Below, piece after piece: positions 1-9,100 of a stretch of DNA of 64,000 bases. The stretch is from Phycisphaeraceae bacterium (GTDB taxonomy: Bacteria; Planctomycetota; Phycisphaerae; Phycisphaerales; Phycisphaeraceae): NCBI GenBank assembly GCA_040876735.1, contig JBBDPC010000100.1, positions 3,818 to 67,817 of the forward strand, given 5' to 3'. Under the pieces are notes generated by a model, which saw only the letters and a program-made list of their open reading frames with translations, ran no database searches and was not told the origin of the DNA. Position 1 is the first letter of the stretch. Every line of letters begins with the position of its first letter. The position numbers and the translations under genes were made by a program.

Positions 1-120
1 GCGAGCCGGGCCGATGTCTTCGACGGTGACGCTCTGCTCGGGGCGTTCTTCGGTGGATTCCGGGGTTTCGGTGGGGTTTCCGGGGGTGGGTTCGTTGGTG
101 TTGGGATCCTGGTCGGCCAT
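1..120 (-). CDS. tig: trigger factor, N-terminus only (runs off window edge)
   Basis: Reverse strand from ATG at 120 reads MADQDPNTNEPTPETPTETPESTEERPEQSVTVEDIGPAR. VTVEDIGPAR resembles the start of the trigger-factor ribosome-binding domain. RBS-like AGGAG upstream. Confidence 0.7.
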   Translation of the reverse strand, partial: MADQDPNTNEPTPGNPTETPESTEERPEQSVTVEDIGPAR

Positions 121-323
121 GGCGCGGAAGCTCCTGCAAGTAGCGACGGTGTGCGTCGTGCGTGATCGGGTTGGTGAATAGATGGCGGTGGTGCGGGCGT
201 GGGAGGGGAAGTTCGTTGTCCTGTCGACCCACGCCTGGCGTCGCGCCCGCGGCGACGCCGGTATCTCAACAGGGAACGCGGGATTATCGTTTGGAATGGC
301 GGGCGCGTCAATGCGCGGGGGTG

Positions 324-541
324 GGGGTTCGGGATTCGGGATTCGGGGTTCGGGAAAAAACGCCCGAGCCTGAGGAGCGCAGCGACGAAGGGCGGGATGA
401 GGGGGAATGTGTGATGTGTGATGTGTGATCGATGATGTCAGGGAGCGCCAGGCGGTCCCGGTGAACGATCGATTACAGATCATCGATCACAGATTGATCG
501 ATCACCCTGATCCGGGGCTTCGCGGACTCAGCCCTCGGCTT
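324..541 (+). repeat. composite dispersed repeat, copy 1
   Basis: Modules in order: (GGGRTTC)n heptamers, palindrome CGCCCGAGCCTGAGGAGCGCAGCGACGAAGGGCGGG, (GTGTGAT)3, then CCGGGGCTTCGCGGACTCAGCCCTCGGCTT. Near-identical to the reverse complement of 28861-29051. Confidence 0.9.
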
Positions 542-608
542 GGGGGGGGTGTTGTCGAGGTTGCCGGTGCGGGCGCTTTGAGGGTTGGTTGCGGATAGGA
601 TTGGGGCT

Positions 609-2861
609 ATGACGGATGTGGATGGGCATGGTGAGACATCGTCGACGCGGGGGCGCGTGCTGGCGGAGGCGGTGCGGGCGTATGAGGCGGCTGCGCCGGG
701 GGGGGCGGGGGTTGACGATCGCGCGGCGGAGGCGGCGGGCCGGGCTGTCGGGGGCGACTTTGAGCGGCGGCTGGTGGCGCGGGCGGCGGCGTTGCCGGCG
801 GCGGGGAAGTTGTCGCAGGCGCTGGATCGGGTGACGCGGGCGGGCAAGTGGGCGGTGGTGGTGGGCGTGGTGTTGATGGCGGTGGCCGGCGCGGGAGCGG
901 CGCGGGGGGCGATGGCGGTGAGTGTGGACGGGGGAGCTTCCGGGGGCGGAGGGATATCCGGGGGCGGCGGGCAGACGGTCAATGTGTTCTGGGCGTTGGG
1001 GGCGTTGCTGGGGGTGCAGACGTTGTTGCTGTTGGGGTGGCTGGTGGCGATGGTCGGTTGGCCGGGCGGCGCGGGGCAGGGGTCGTTGGGGGCGGCGGTG
1101 CTGGGGGCGGGTCGTTGGCTGGCGTCGCGGGTGGATCGCAGTGCGGAGCAGTTGGCGGCGATGGAGGCGGTGACGGGCACGCTGATGCGCAGCGGCGCGG
1201 GGCGGTGGGTGTTCGGCCTGGTGAGTCATGCGCTGTGGGCGGGGTTCAACGTGGGTTGCCTGGTGATGCTGCTGGTGCTGTTGAGCGTGCGGCATTACAC
1301 GTTTGCATGGGAGACGACGATTCTGTCGCCGGAGGCGTACGTGCAGCTGACGCAATGGCTGGCGGCGCTGCCGGGGGTGTTGGGGCTGCCGGCGCCGACG
1401 GTGGAACAGGTGGTGGCGACACAGGCGGTGGCGGAGGCGGAGGCGTTGAACGAAGCGCGGTGGGCGTGGGCGGGCTTGCTGGCGGGGTCGCTGGTCTGTT
1501 ACGGGCTGGCGCCACGGGCGCTGCTGGCGGTGGGTTGTGCACTGGCGGCGTGGCGGGCGCAGCGGCGATGGCGATTGGACGTGACGCTGCCGGGGTATGG
1601 TCGGCTGCGTGAGCGGTTGATGCCGACGACGCGGGCGCTGGGCGTGGTGGAGGGTGCGGATGTTGAAGGAGAGACGGAGGAGGCGCTGAGCCAGGAGCGG
1701 CGGGGCGAAGGGAGGCCGGTGGGGCCGGCGGCGATTGTGGCGGTGGAGGTGCGGTCGCATGAGGGGGTGTGGCCGCCGGTGGTGGATGACGTGCAGTGGC
1801 GGGACCTGGGGTTTGTGGATGATCGCGAAGGTCGGCGGCGGGTGATCGAGGCGTTGGAAGCGAGCGAGGTGGAGCCGGCCGTGCTGGTGGTGGTCTGCGA
1901 GCTGGCGGCGACGCCGGACCGGGGCACGGAGCGTTACCTCGGCGAGTTGCGGCGGACGGTGACGCGGTCGCCCCTGCTGCTGCTCACCGGCGGGCAGGCG
2001 CTGCGCGAGCGCGGCGACACGGAAGCGATCGGCCGACGCTTGTCGCAGTGGCGCACGCTGGCGGAGCGGGTGGGCATCGACGGCGATGCCGTGCTCGACC
2101 TCGACCTCGACCACGCCACCGATGCGAGCCTGCGCCAACTGGCCCAGCGACTGCCGCGCGACCAAGACACGACCACGCCCCCCGCTGCCGGCCACACCCG
2201 CCACCTCGAAGCCGCCTTCGACCGCATCGTCACGCATGCCCGACAGTGGCAAGGCCCGCCCGATCCGCCGGCGCGGTCGAAGCTGCATCGCGAGATCGCC
2301 GCGCTCTATCGCAGCGACGGCGGCGGTGATGCCAAAGCGCTGACGAAGCTGCTCGATGTGCCGACCGACTTCCGGGGCGACTGGCAGAGCAAGGTGCGCA
2401 ACAGCGCCAGCCGGGTGGTCGACATGCTGCCACCGAGCCTGCGCCTACGGCCGCGCTGGCTGGCGGCGGGCGCGGCGTCGGGCGCATTGGGCTGCGTGGC
2501 CGCCGCGACGCTGCTGTCGCCGCTGGCCATCGCCGCACTGCCGACGTGGACGGCCATTGGCGCCGCCATCGCCGCCGCGGCGCAGCCGCGCGGCGGGCAT
2601 ACGGTTTCCGACGTGCCGCAAGACGCGGACGAGGCATTGCACAGCGACGACTATACGGAAGCCGTGGACGCCGCCGCGCTGTTCGCCATGCTGCTTCAGT
2701 TGCAGGGGCTAGGCGAAGCGACCATCTCGCGCGTGCTCGACCGCGTGCTTACCGACGTGGACGATACCCGCCGACTTACCGACGCCGACGCGGTGCGCCG
2801 CTGGTTGGATGAGTTGCGTCATCGCTTCGACGTTGCCTTCGCTGAGGAGGTGCGGGCATGA
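609..2861 (+). CDS. DUF2868-domain membrane protein
   Basis: Motifs VNVFWALGALLG, RHYTFAWETTIL, YGLAPR and PDRG; several TM helices; ATGA overlap with the downstream GTPase. Confidence 0.8.
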   Translation: MTDVDGHGETSSTRGRVLAEAVRAYEAAAPGGAGVDDRAAEAAGRAVGGDFERRLVARAAALPAAGKLSQALDRVTRAGKWAVVVGVVLMAVAGAGAARGAMAVSVDGGASGGGGISGGGGQTVNVFWALGALLGVQTLLLLGWLVAMVGWPGGAGQGSLGAAVLGAGRWLASRVDRSAEQLAAMEAVTGTLMRSGAGRWVFGLVSHALWAGFNVGCLVMLLVLLSVRHYTFAWETTILSPEAYVQLTQWLAALPGVLGLPAPTVEQVVATQAVAEAEALNEARWAWAGLLAGSLVCYGLAPRALLAVGCALAAWRAQRRWRLDVTLPGYGRLRERLMPTTRALGVVEGADVEGETEEALSQERRGEGRPVGPAAIVAVEVRSHEGVWPPVVDDVQWRDLGFVDDREGRRRVIEALEASEVEPAVLVVVCELAATPDRGTERYLGELRRTVTRSPLLLLTGGQALRERGDTEAIGRRLSQWRTLAERVGIDGDAVLDLDLDHATDASLRQLAQRLPRDQDTTTPPAAGHTRHLEAAFDRIVTHARQWQGPPDPPARSKLHREIAALYRSDGGGDAKALTKLLDVPTDFRGDWQSKVRNSASRVVDMLPPSLRLRPRWLAAGAASGALGCVAAATLLSPLAIAALPTWTAIGAAIAAAAQPRGGHTVSDVPQDADEALHSDDYTEAVDAAALFAMLLQLQGLGEATISRVLDRVLTDVDDTRRLTDADAVRRWLDELRHRFDVAFAEEVRA

Positions 2862-4288
2862 ATGCTGCCGCTCGCACCGCTGCATCCGCCGAGCCGCTGC
2901 GCGTCGCCGTCGTCGGCCACACCAACACGGGCAAGACATCGCTGCTGCGCACGCTCACGCGCGACCGCGCCTTCGGCGAAGTCTCCGACCGCCCCGCCAC
3001 CACGCGCGACGTCCGCGGCGCCGCCCTGCTCGTCCAGGGCCAGCCCGTGGCCGAGCTGTACGACACGCCGGGCCTGGAAGATTCCATCAGCCTGCTCGAA
3101 CACCTCGAACAGTTCCGCGACGACCATCGCACCACCGGCCACGACCTCGTCGCCCGCTTCCTCGAACACGACGACGCCCGCCGCCGCTTCCCGCAAGAAG
3201 CCAAGGCGATCCGGCAGGTGATGGCGGCGCAAGTGGCGCTCTACGTCATCGACGCGCGCGAGCCGGTGCTGGGCAAGTATCGCGATGAGCTGGCCATCCT
3301 CGCCTGGTGTGCCCGGCCGGTCGTGCCGGTGCTCAACTTCGTCGCCGACACGGCCCACGCCCGCACCGCCGAGTGGCGCGAGCAGCTGGCCAAGCTCAAC
3401 CTCCATGCCGTCGCCGAGTTCGACACGGTCGTGCTCGACGAATCGGGCGAGCAACGGCTGTTCGAGAAGATGCGCACCTTGCTCGACAGCCATCGCGCCA
3501 CGCTCGACGCGCTGATCGCCGACCGCCAACGGCTGCGCGACGAGTTGACGCGCAGCGCGGCGATGATCGTGGCCGACCTGCTGATCGACGCCGCCGCCTG
3601 CGTCGTCCGCGCCCCCGCCGACGAGCCGGGCAAGGTTGACGCCGCCATGGAACAGCTCAAGCAGCGCGTCCGGCAGCGCGAGCAACGGGCGGTGGAGCAG
3701 TTGCTCGACCTCTTCCGCTTCGGGCAGGAAGACTACCTCGGCCACGACCTGCCGCTGGAGAACGGCGAGTGGGGTTGGGACCTGTTCAACCCCGAGACCA
3801 TGAAACGCTTCGGCGTCCGCACCGGCGGCGGCGCGGCGGCGGGTGCGGCGGCGGGGCTCGCCATCGACGCCATCAGCGGCGGCCTCACGCTCGGCCTGCC
3901 CACCGCGGTCGGCGCAGCGCTCGGCGGCCTGCTCGGCTCCGGGTCGGCCGAGGGGCGACGCCTCTTCGACCGCCTGCGCGGCTACAGCGAACTGCGCTGC
4001 AACAACGCCACGCTCCAGTTGCTCACCGTCCGCCAGCTCGCCCTCGTCCGCGCCCTGCTCCAGCGCGGCCACGCGAGCCCCGCGCCGCTGCGCCTCGACG
4101 CCGACCAGGCCCCCGTCACCGCCCGCCGCCTGCCCGAACCGCTCCAGCGTGCCCGCGCCCAACCCGCTTGGTCACACCTCAACAGCCCGGCCGCCACGGC
4201 CTTCGCCGGCCCGCCGCGCCGCCGCGACGCCGCCGTCGCCGACCTCGCCGACCAGTTGCACCACACCCTCCGCCGACCCGAGGCATAA
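2858..4288 (+). CDS. P-loop GTPase with DUF3482 C-terminal domain
   Basis: G1 GHTNTGKTS, G3 DTPG, EPVLGKYRDEL motif, Gly-rich hydrophobic hairpin near the C-terminus. Confidence 0.85.
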   Translation: MNAAARTAASAEPLRVAVVGHTNTGKTSLLRTLTRDRAFGEVSDRPATTRDVRGAALLVQGQPVAELYDTPGLEDSISLLEHLEQFRDDHRTTGHDLVARFLEHDDARRRFPQEAKAIRQVMAAQVALYVIDAREPVLGKYRDELAILAWCARPVVPVLNFVADTAHARTAEWREQLAKLNLHAVAEFDTVVLDESGEQRLFEKMRTLLDSHRATLDALIADRQRLRDELTRSAAMIVADLLIDAAACVVRAPADEPGKVDAAMEQLKQRVRQREQRAVEQLLDLFRFGQEDYLGHDLPLENGEWGWDLFNPETMKRFGVRTGGGAAAGAAAGLAIDAISGGLTLGLPTAVGAALGGLLGSGSAEGRRLFDRLRGYSELRCNNATLQLLTVRQLALVRALLQRGHASPAPLRLDADQAPVTARRLPEPLQRARAQPAWSHLNSPAATAFAGPPRRRDAAVADLADQLHHTLRRPEA

Positions 4289-4303
4289 GCGTACCCCGCC
4301 GTC

Positions 4304-4433
4304 TCCGGCTCCCCTCCCTTTGGGAGGGGCTGGGGGAGGGGGCCACCGGCCGCTATGACGCTACGTCCGCGCCGATGACGTAAGGCACTCGCAGACAACG
4401 CTTCCCCAACGCCTCCCGAGGGGGGGAGCCGGA
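4304..4433. repeat. REP-like inverted pair (CCCCTCCCCCAGCCCCTCCC...GGGAGGGGAG family)
   Basis: 4304-4342 is nearly the reverse complement of 62835-62867; a degenerate inverted partner lies at 4401-4433. Confidence 0.7.
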
Positions 4434-4457
4434 CGCGCCTGCTCCGGCCGCCCCCGC

Positions 4458-4546
4458 GTAGTGGTTCATTCCGGTCTTTTGGTGGGGCAGGCGTCCCGCC
4501 TGTCGGCGGGCGAGACGTCCGCCCCACTTGGAAAGCGAACCACTAC
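4458..4546. repeat. REPIN-like element, GGTGGGGCRGGCGTCYCGCC family, with outer GTAGTGGTTC/GAACCACTAC ends
   Basis: Inverted arms GGTGGGGCAGGCGTCCCGCC and GGCGGGCGAGACGTCCGCCCCAC; related copies near 27694, 44182 and 47527. Confidence 0.8.
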
Positions 4547-4563
4547 CCGCCCCCGGAATTTCA

Positions 4564-4591
4564 TTGACACCCCCCTGCCCTCGACTACGAT
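4564..4591 (+). promoter_or_regulatory. sigma70-like promoter
   Basis: TTGACA-N16-TACGAT about 110 nt upstream of the DUF1559 gene. Confidence 0.5.
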
Positions 4592-4704
4592 GGCTTTTAC
4601 GAGTGTTCGACCCTTTCTCGCCCTGTCGTCAGGACCACCCGGTCGAGCCATTGGACAGCCAGACGCACAGCCCACAAACTGTGCTCTCCAGGGGAACCGC
4701 CGCC

Positions 4705-5652
4705 ATGCGCACCGCGCCACATCATCACCCGTCCGCCGGCCCACCACGCGACGCCGCCTTCACCCTCATCGAGCTGCTGGTGGTCATGGCCATCATCGCC
4801 CTGCTCGTCGCCCTCGCCATGCCCGCGCTCTCGGCCGCGCGACGCAGTGCCGAACGCCTTCGCTGCGCCTCCAACCTCCGGCAGGTCACCCTCGCGGGGC
4901 TGACCTTCCTCGGCGACTACAACCATCGCGTCCAGCCCGCCTCCGCGCACGCCTGGGCCGTCGCACAGGACTCCAGCCAGCGCCGCTGGCGCTACGACCG
5001 CGACGACGGTCAACTTCTGGACTGGGCCAGCGCCCTGCTGCCCTACCTCGGCGAAACCAGCAGCGACCACTTCCGCAACGCCTCCGACCGCGCCTGGCCC
5101 ATCTTCCAGTGCCCCAGCGACCCGGCCATGAGCGAAGCCGACCCCGGCGCCCGGCTCCTCCACGGCTTCGGCAACGCCCGCAGCCCCGTCTCCTTCGGCA
5201 TCAACTACGACATCGCCGGCCTGGTCAACAACGCCAGCCCGCTCACCCCCCACCTCGGCGGCTTCGACGCCAGTGGCTCCATCAGCCTCTACGGCGGCAC
5301 CCATGGCAGCCCGAACGGCCCGCTCAACACCGAACTCGAACAGGTCCACCAGCCCGCCAGCACCATGCTCTACGCCGAGTGCGGCACACGCCAGGGCCCC
5401 ACCGCTCGCCCCGGCTCGCCGCTGGGCTGGCAGTCCGACGCCCTCTACTACAGCACCCACACCCACAGCTTCACCGGCCCCGGCCACGCCGGCGGCGGCA
5501 CGCTCGCTCACGTCCGCAGCCACACGGCCGGCGACCGCATCCCCCTCGACCGCCACGCCGGGGCGATCAACATCGCCTACGTCGACGGCCACGTGGGGCT
5601 GGTGTCGCGCAACGCTTTCGACCGCGTCCGCGTCTCCCCTTACGCCGATTGA
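4705..5652 (+). CDS. prepilin-type N-terminal cleavage / DUF1559 (H-X9-DG) protein
   Basis: [30 protein letters not shown] and C-terminal [14 protein letters not shown]. Confidence 0.9.
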   Translation: MRTAPHHHPSAGPPRDAAFTLIELLVVMAIIALLVALAMPALSAARRSAERLRCASNLRQVTLAGLTFLGDYNHRVQPASAHAWAVAQDSSQRRWRYDRDDGQLLDWASALLPYLGETSSDHFRNASDRAWPIFQCPSDPAMSEADPGARLLHGFGNARSPVSFGINYDIAGLVNNASPLTPHLGGFDASGSISLYGGTHGSPNGPLNTELEQVHQPASTMLYAECGTRQGPTARPGSPLGWQSDALYYSTHTHSFTGPGHAGGGTLAHVRSHTAGDRIPLDRHAGAINIAYVDGHVGLVSRNAFDRVRVSPYAD

Positions 5653-5669
5653 GCCCGCGCCGCCCCCGC

Positions 5670-5698
5670 TTGCCCCCGCCCGGCGACTGGCTTATACT
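5670..5698 (+). promoter_or_regulatory. sigma70-like promoter of the tRNA
   Basis: TTGCCC-N17-TATACT ending 20 nt before the tRNA. Confidence 0.6.
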
Positions 5699-5718
5699 TC
5701 TGCCCGCCAACACCAGAT

Positions 5719-5791
<73 letters not shown>

Positions 5792-5801
5792 CTTTCAGAT
5801 C

Positions 5802-5832
5802 AAGCCCGCCTTTTCACAAGGCGGGCTTTTTT
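5802..5832 (+). terminator. Rho-independent terminator after the tRNA
   Basis: AAGCCCGCCTT/AAGGCGGGCTT hairpin followed by a T-tract. Confidence 0.85.
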
Positions 5833-6152
5833 GTGACGCATTTCAGCTATCAGATCACGAAATATCGCTATTGCCTCCCTCCATGGCGAAGGGTACGCTT
5901 GCAGACGCGAACCGGCGTGGCGTTCCAGACTTCGTCCGAGAACCCTTCTGCAGGTGGCACAGGCCTCTCGTCTGTGCATGTGAGGTTGAAAGCTCCACAG
6001 GCCAGACGCCTGGACCACCCGATTTCGGAGGCCGCCGGGTTCTCGTACGAAGCTTGGAGCCCGACGTTGATCAACCATCTGTCGCAAATCACGGGGACGA
6101 CGCACAACCTGACCGTGCCACCGCAGCACGTGGGAACAGGACCGGGTTCGCC

Positions 6153-9100
6153 ATGACCTCCCAACTATTTTTGTTCCTCTCTTTCGTGGGTCGCAGACCG
6201 CATGTGATGGCGTGGTGTCTGCTCACCCTGCTGCTCGGGCTCACGGCCGGCAATGGGACAAGCACCGCCTGGAGCGATTCGACCGGTGAGGCGTTGTTGA
6301 CCGGCGTCAGTTACGTCGAGCCCGCCGACCTGGAGGCGGAGATCGACTGGCAGGCGACGTGGCGCGAGACGCACGTGGCGACCATGACCGCGTGGCAGGC
6401 GGAACTGGCTGACGTGGAGGACGCGGAACGTCGCCGACAGCGCGAGCGGGCCCGGGAGGTGCGGCTGCTGCACGAACTGGCCCGACGGTTTCCCGATGCC
6501 GCGCAGCAAGACAATGCCGCCATGCACCAGGCGCTGCTGCTTGAACGTCTCGCGCCACACATGGACCGTGGCCTGCGGCTGCTGGCGGATCGGCTGGAGA
6601 CGGCGGAAGACGACCCGCAACGGGCGGTGGAACTGCTGACCGCGATGCACGAGCGCGCCGGCGGGCTCCTCAATGCCGGGGACTGGCCGGCGTTTGTCGC
6701 CCGACATCTGCTGGCGCTGCACGAGGCGGGGCAGGCGGTGGACGACGCGCTACGCCGCGAGGCCTTGCAGCGATGGTTCGTGCAACTGCGTGGGCAGCGT
6801 CGGTTCTTTGAAGCGCGGGACGTGCTGCGAGCGATTGACCAGCTTGAGGCGAACGACGGGACCGCCTGGCGGGCGGCGCGTTTGCTGGCGTGGGTCGACT
6901 TTTACATGGCGGCCGGGCTTCACGATCAGGCGGCGGCACGGGCCGAGCAGGTGGCGGCGGTCGTTGCCGAGGCAGGCGACGGCGAAGCGGATGGCGAGCT
7001 GGAAGCCTTGCGCCTTGCCGCCGAGCAGCGGCTGGAGACGATCCGGGATCGCGTGCCCAACGCCATGCCACCGTCGTTGACGATGGCGCGGGACGTTGCG
7101 CCGGAGTTGGATCGCCTGCGCACCGCATCGGAAATCGACGAGTCGGCGATCGATCGCCTATACGCGGACCCACAGATCATCGGCACGCTCGTCGAGCGGG
7201 GGCCGCGCCATTTTGCGTCGACCTGGACGGAACTGACCGGCGAACTCGCCAACCAGCCAGCCGCATCGCTCGCGCCGCTGCGCCTGCACCAGCAGCGGCA
7301 GGCGGAAGCGGAAGCGCGAGGCCGTGCCCCGGCGCGGCCGGCCGAGGTGGGGTTGATGGCCCACTACCGCCGTTCGCCCTGGTCCGAGGCGGGGCAGCGT
7401 GCGTTGCTGGAGGCGGCCGAGCGCTGGCTGCGCCGGGGTGAACTGGACCTCGCCCGCCGGTCGTTGAGTGACTTGCTGGCGCAGACGGTGGAGGGCCCGC
7501 TTGCCGAGCGGGTGCGGGCGGGCGTGGAACGGCTTGCGTCGCCGGTGGAACCGACCGCCGCCGCGCCGGCGTCGCATCCGGCCGGCCCCGCGCCGGCGGC
7601 GGCCTGGCGGTTGCCCGACGCCAGCCATGCAATGCCCGGCCACTTCGACCATGCGCCGCCGGGGGATGCAGTCCACCTGCTTCGCGGGCAGGGCCTGGTC
7701 GGGCATGAACGTTTCGCGCTGGTGGCGGGGCCGACCCTGCTGGCACGTCATGATGGCTCGAACGACGAGCCCACCTGGGTGCGCCGGCACGCGGACGCAA
7801 CGGCCGGCCCCCGCGCGGCGGCGACCAGCGAAGTGATCACCTTGCCCGGCCCGTTCCAGCCGGCGGTCGCGGGCGAGGTGATCGTCACGCGCTGGGGGCT
7901 TGCGGCGGACGAACGGGGCGCGGCCGACGTGGCAGCGTTCGATGCAGCCGACGGCGAGCCGATCTGGACGACCGCGCAGCACGCCCGCTGGCAGACGCTG
8001 CAACCTGTGAGCGATCCGGTCGTCGCCGGGCAGCGCGTGTATGTGCTGGCGCGCGAGCGGCAGACCGCCGCGTTCACACCGACGGTGCGCGTCGTGGTCG
8101 TCGCGCTCGACCTGGTGCGTGGCGACACCTTGTGGGTTCGTCCGCTGGCGACGCAGGCGACGACGATTCGCCTCGGCTCGCTGGACGTCGACACGATCCA
8201 CTCCGGCAACCGTGTCACCGTGGACGACGCGGCCGTCTACGTCACGACCGGCGCGGGGGTGAACGCACGGCTCGACGCGCGCGATGGTCTGGTGGAATGG
8301 CTCCAGTGGTACCCGCGCGCCCCCCGCCGTGAGCAGTGGCTTGAATTCGCGCAGCGGGCCGGTGCTGCGCCGCAGGTGTTCGAGGACGTGATCGTCCTGA
8401 CCCCGCGCGATCGATCAGGCGCCCTGGCGGTCGACCGCAAGACCGGCGAAACGCGCTGGGACGAGCCGCTGCTGCCTGTAAACGGCGTGGCCGGGCGGTG
8501 GGAGCGAGCGGTGGTGTTCTACGGCCAGCAGGCGCTGACCAGCGTGGACGCCGGCACGGGCGAGGTGAACTGGCATCGTCGATTGGACCAGCCGCTTACG
8601 GTCGCGCCGGTGAGCCTGGGCCGGCGGTGTCACGTCGTGGCCGGCACGCGGTGGCTGGAACTGGACATGGCCAGCGGCGAGGTGACGGCGCAACGTGACG
8701 AGGCGTCGCACGCGGAGTTGCTGACGCTGGCGATAAACGAGCGGGGCGTGGTGGCCGTGACCGCCGCGCCGGCGCGACGGCCGTTGCAGCATGAAGCCGC
8801 GCAGGCGGTCGAACGCGACGACGCCTCCGCCATGGGGAATCCCTTTTTCCACCGTGCACAGTTTCGCCGGCGTCCGCATGCCACGCTCTGGCATCTGCCG
8901 GACGCGTCAGCGCCGCCCAGCGACTTTCTGCTCTACGGCGGCGGCTGGCTGGAGCGGGTGAGCCGTCCGCCGCACCCGCAGGCGCGCTGGAGCCGGCCCG
9001 TGCCCGTGGGGCTGATGCACCAGCATTGGCATGACGGCATGGTGGTGCTGGTCTCTGCCGACCGCGCGTTGGCCGTGGACCTCGCGGATGGCGCGTTGCG

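Noticed and set aside
162-428. Short ORFs at 162-428 and 28966-29583 sharing PEERSDEGRDEG
   Set aside because: The shared peptide is just the translation of the composite repeat; there is no coding evidence.
408-440. (GTGTGAT)n and other arrays as possible CRISPR repeats
   Set aside because: They are tandem heptamers with no unique spacers, and there are no cas genes in the window.
5960-6110. Possible decayed AraC-type HTH (PISEAAGFS...ITGTT) or IS91-like (PHMH) remnant after the tRNA
   Set aside because: The similarity is too short and ambiguous to support without a profile search.
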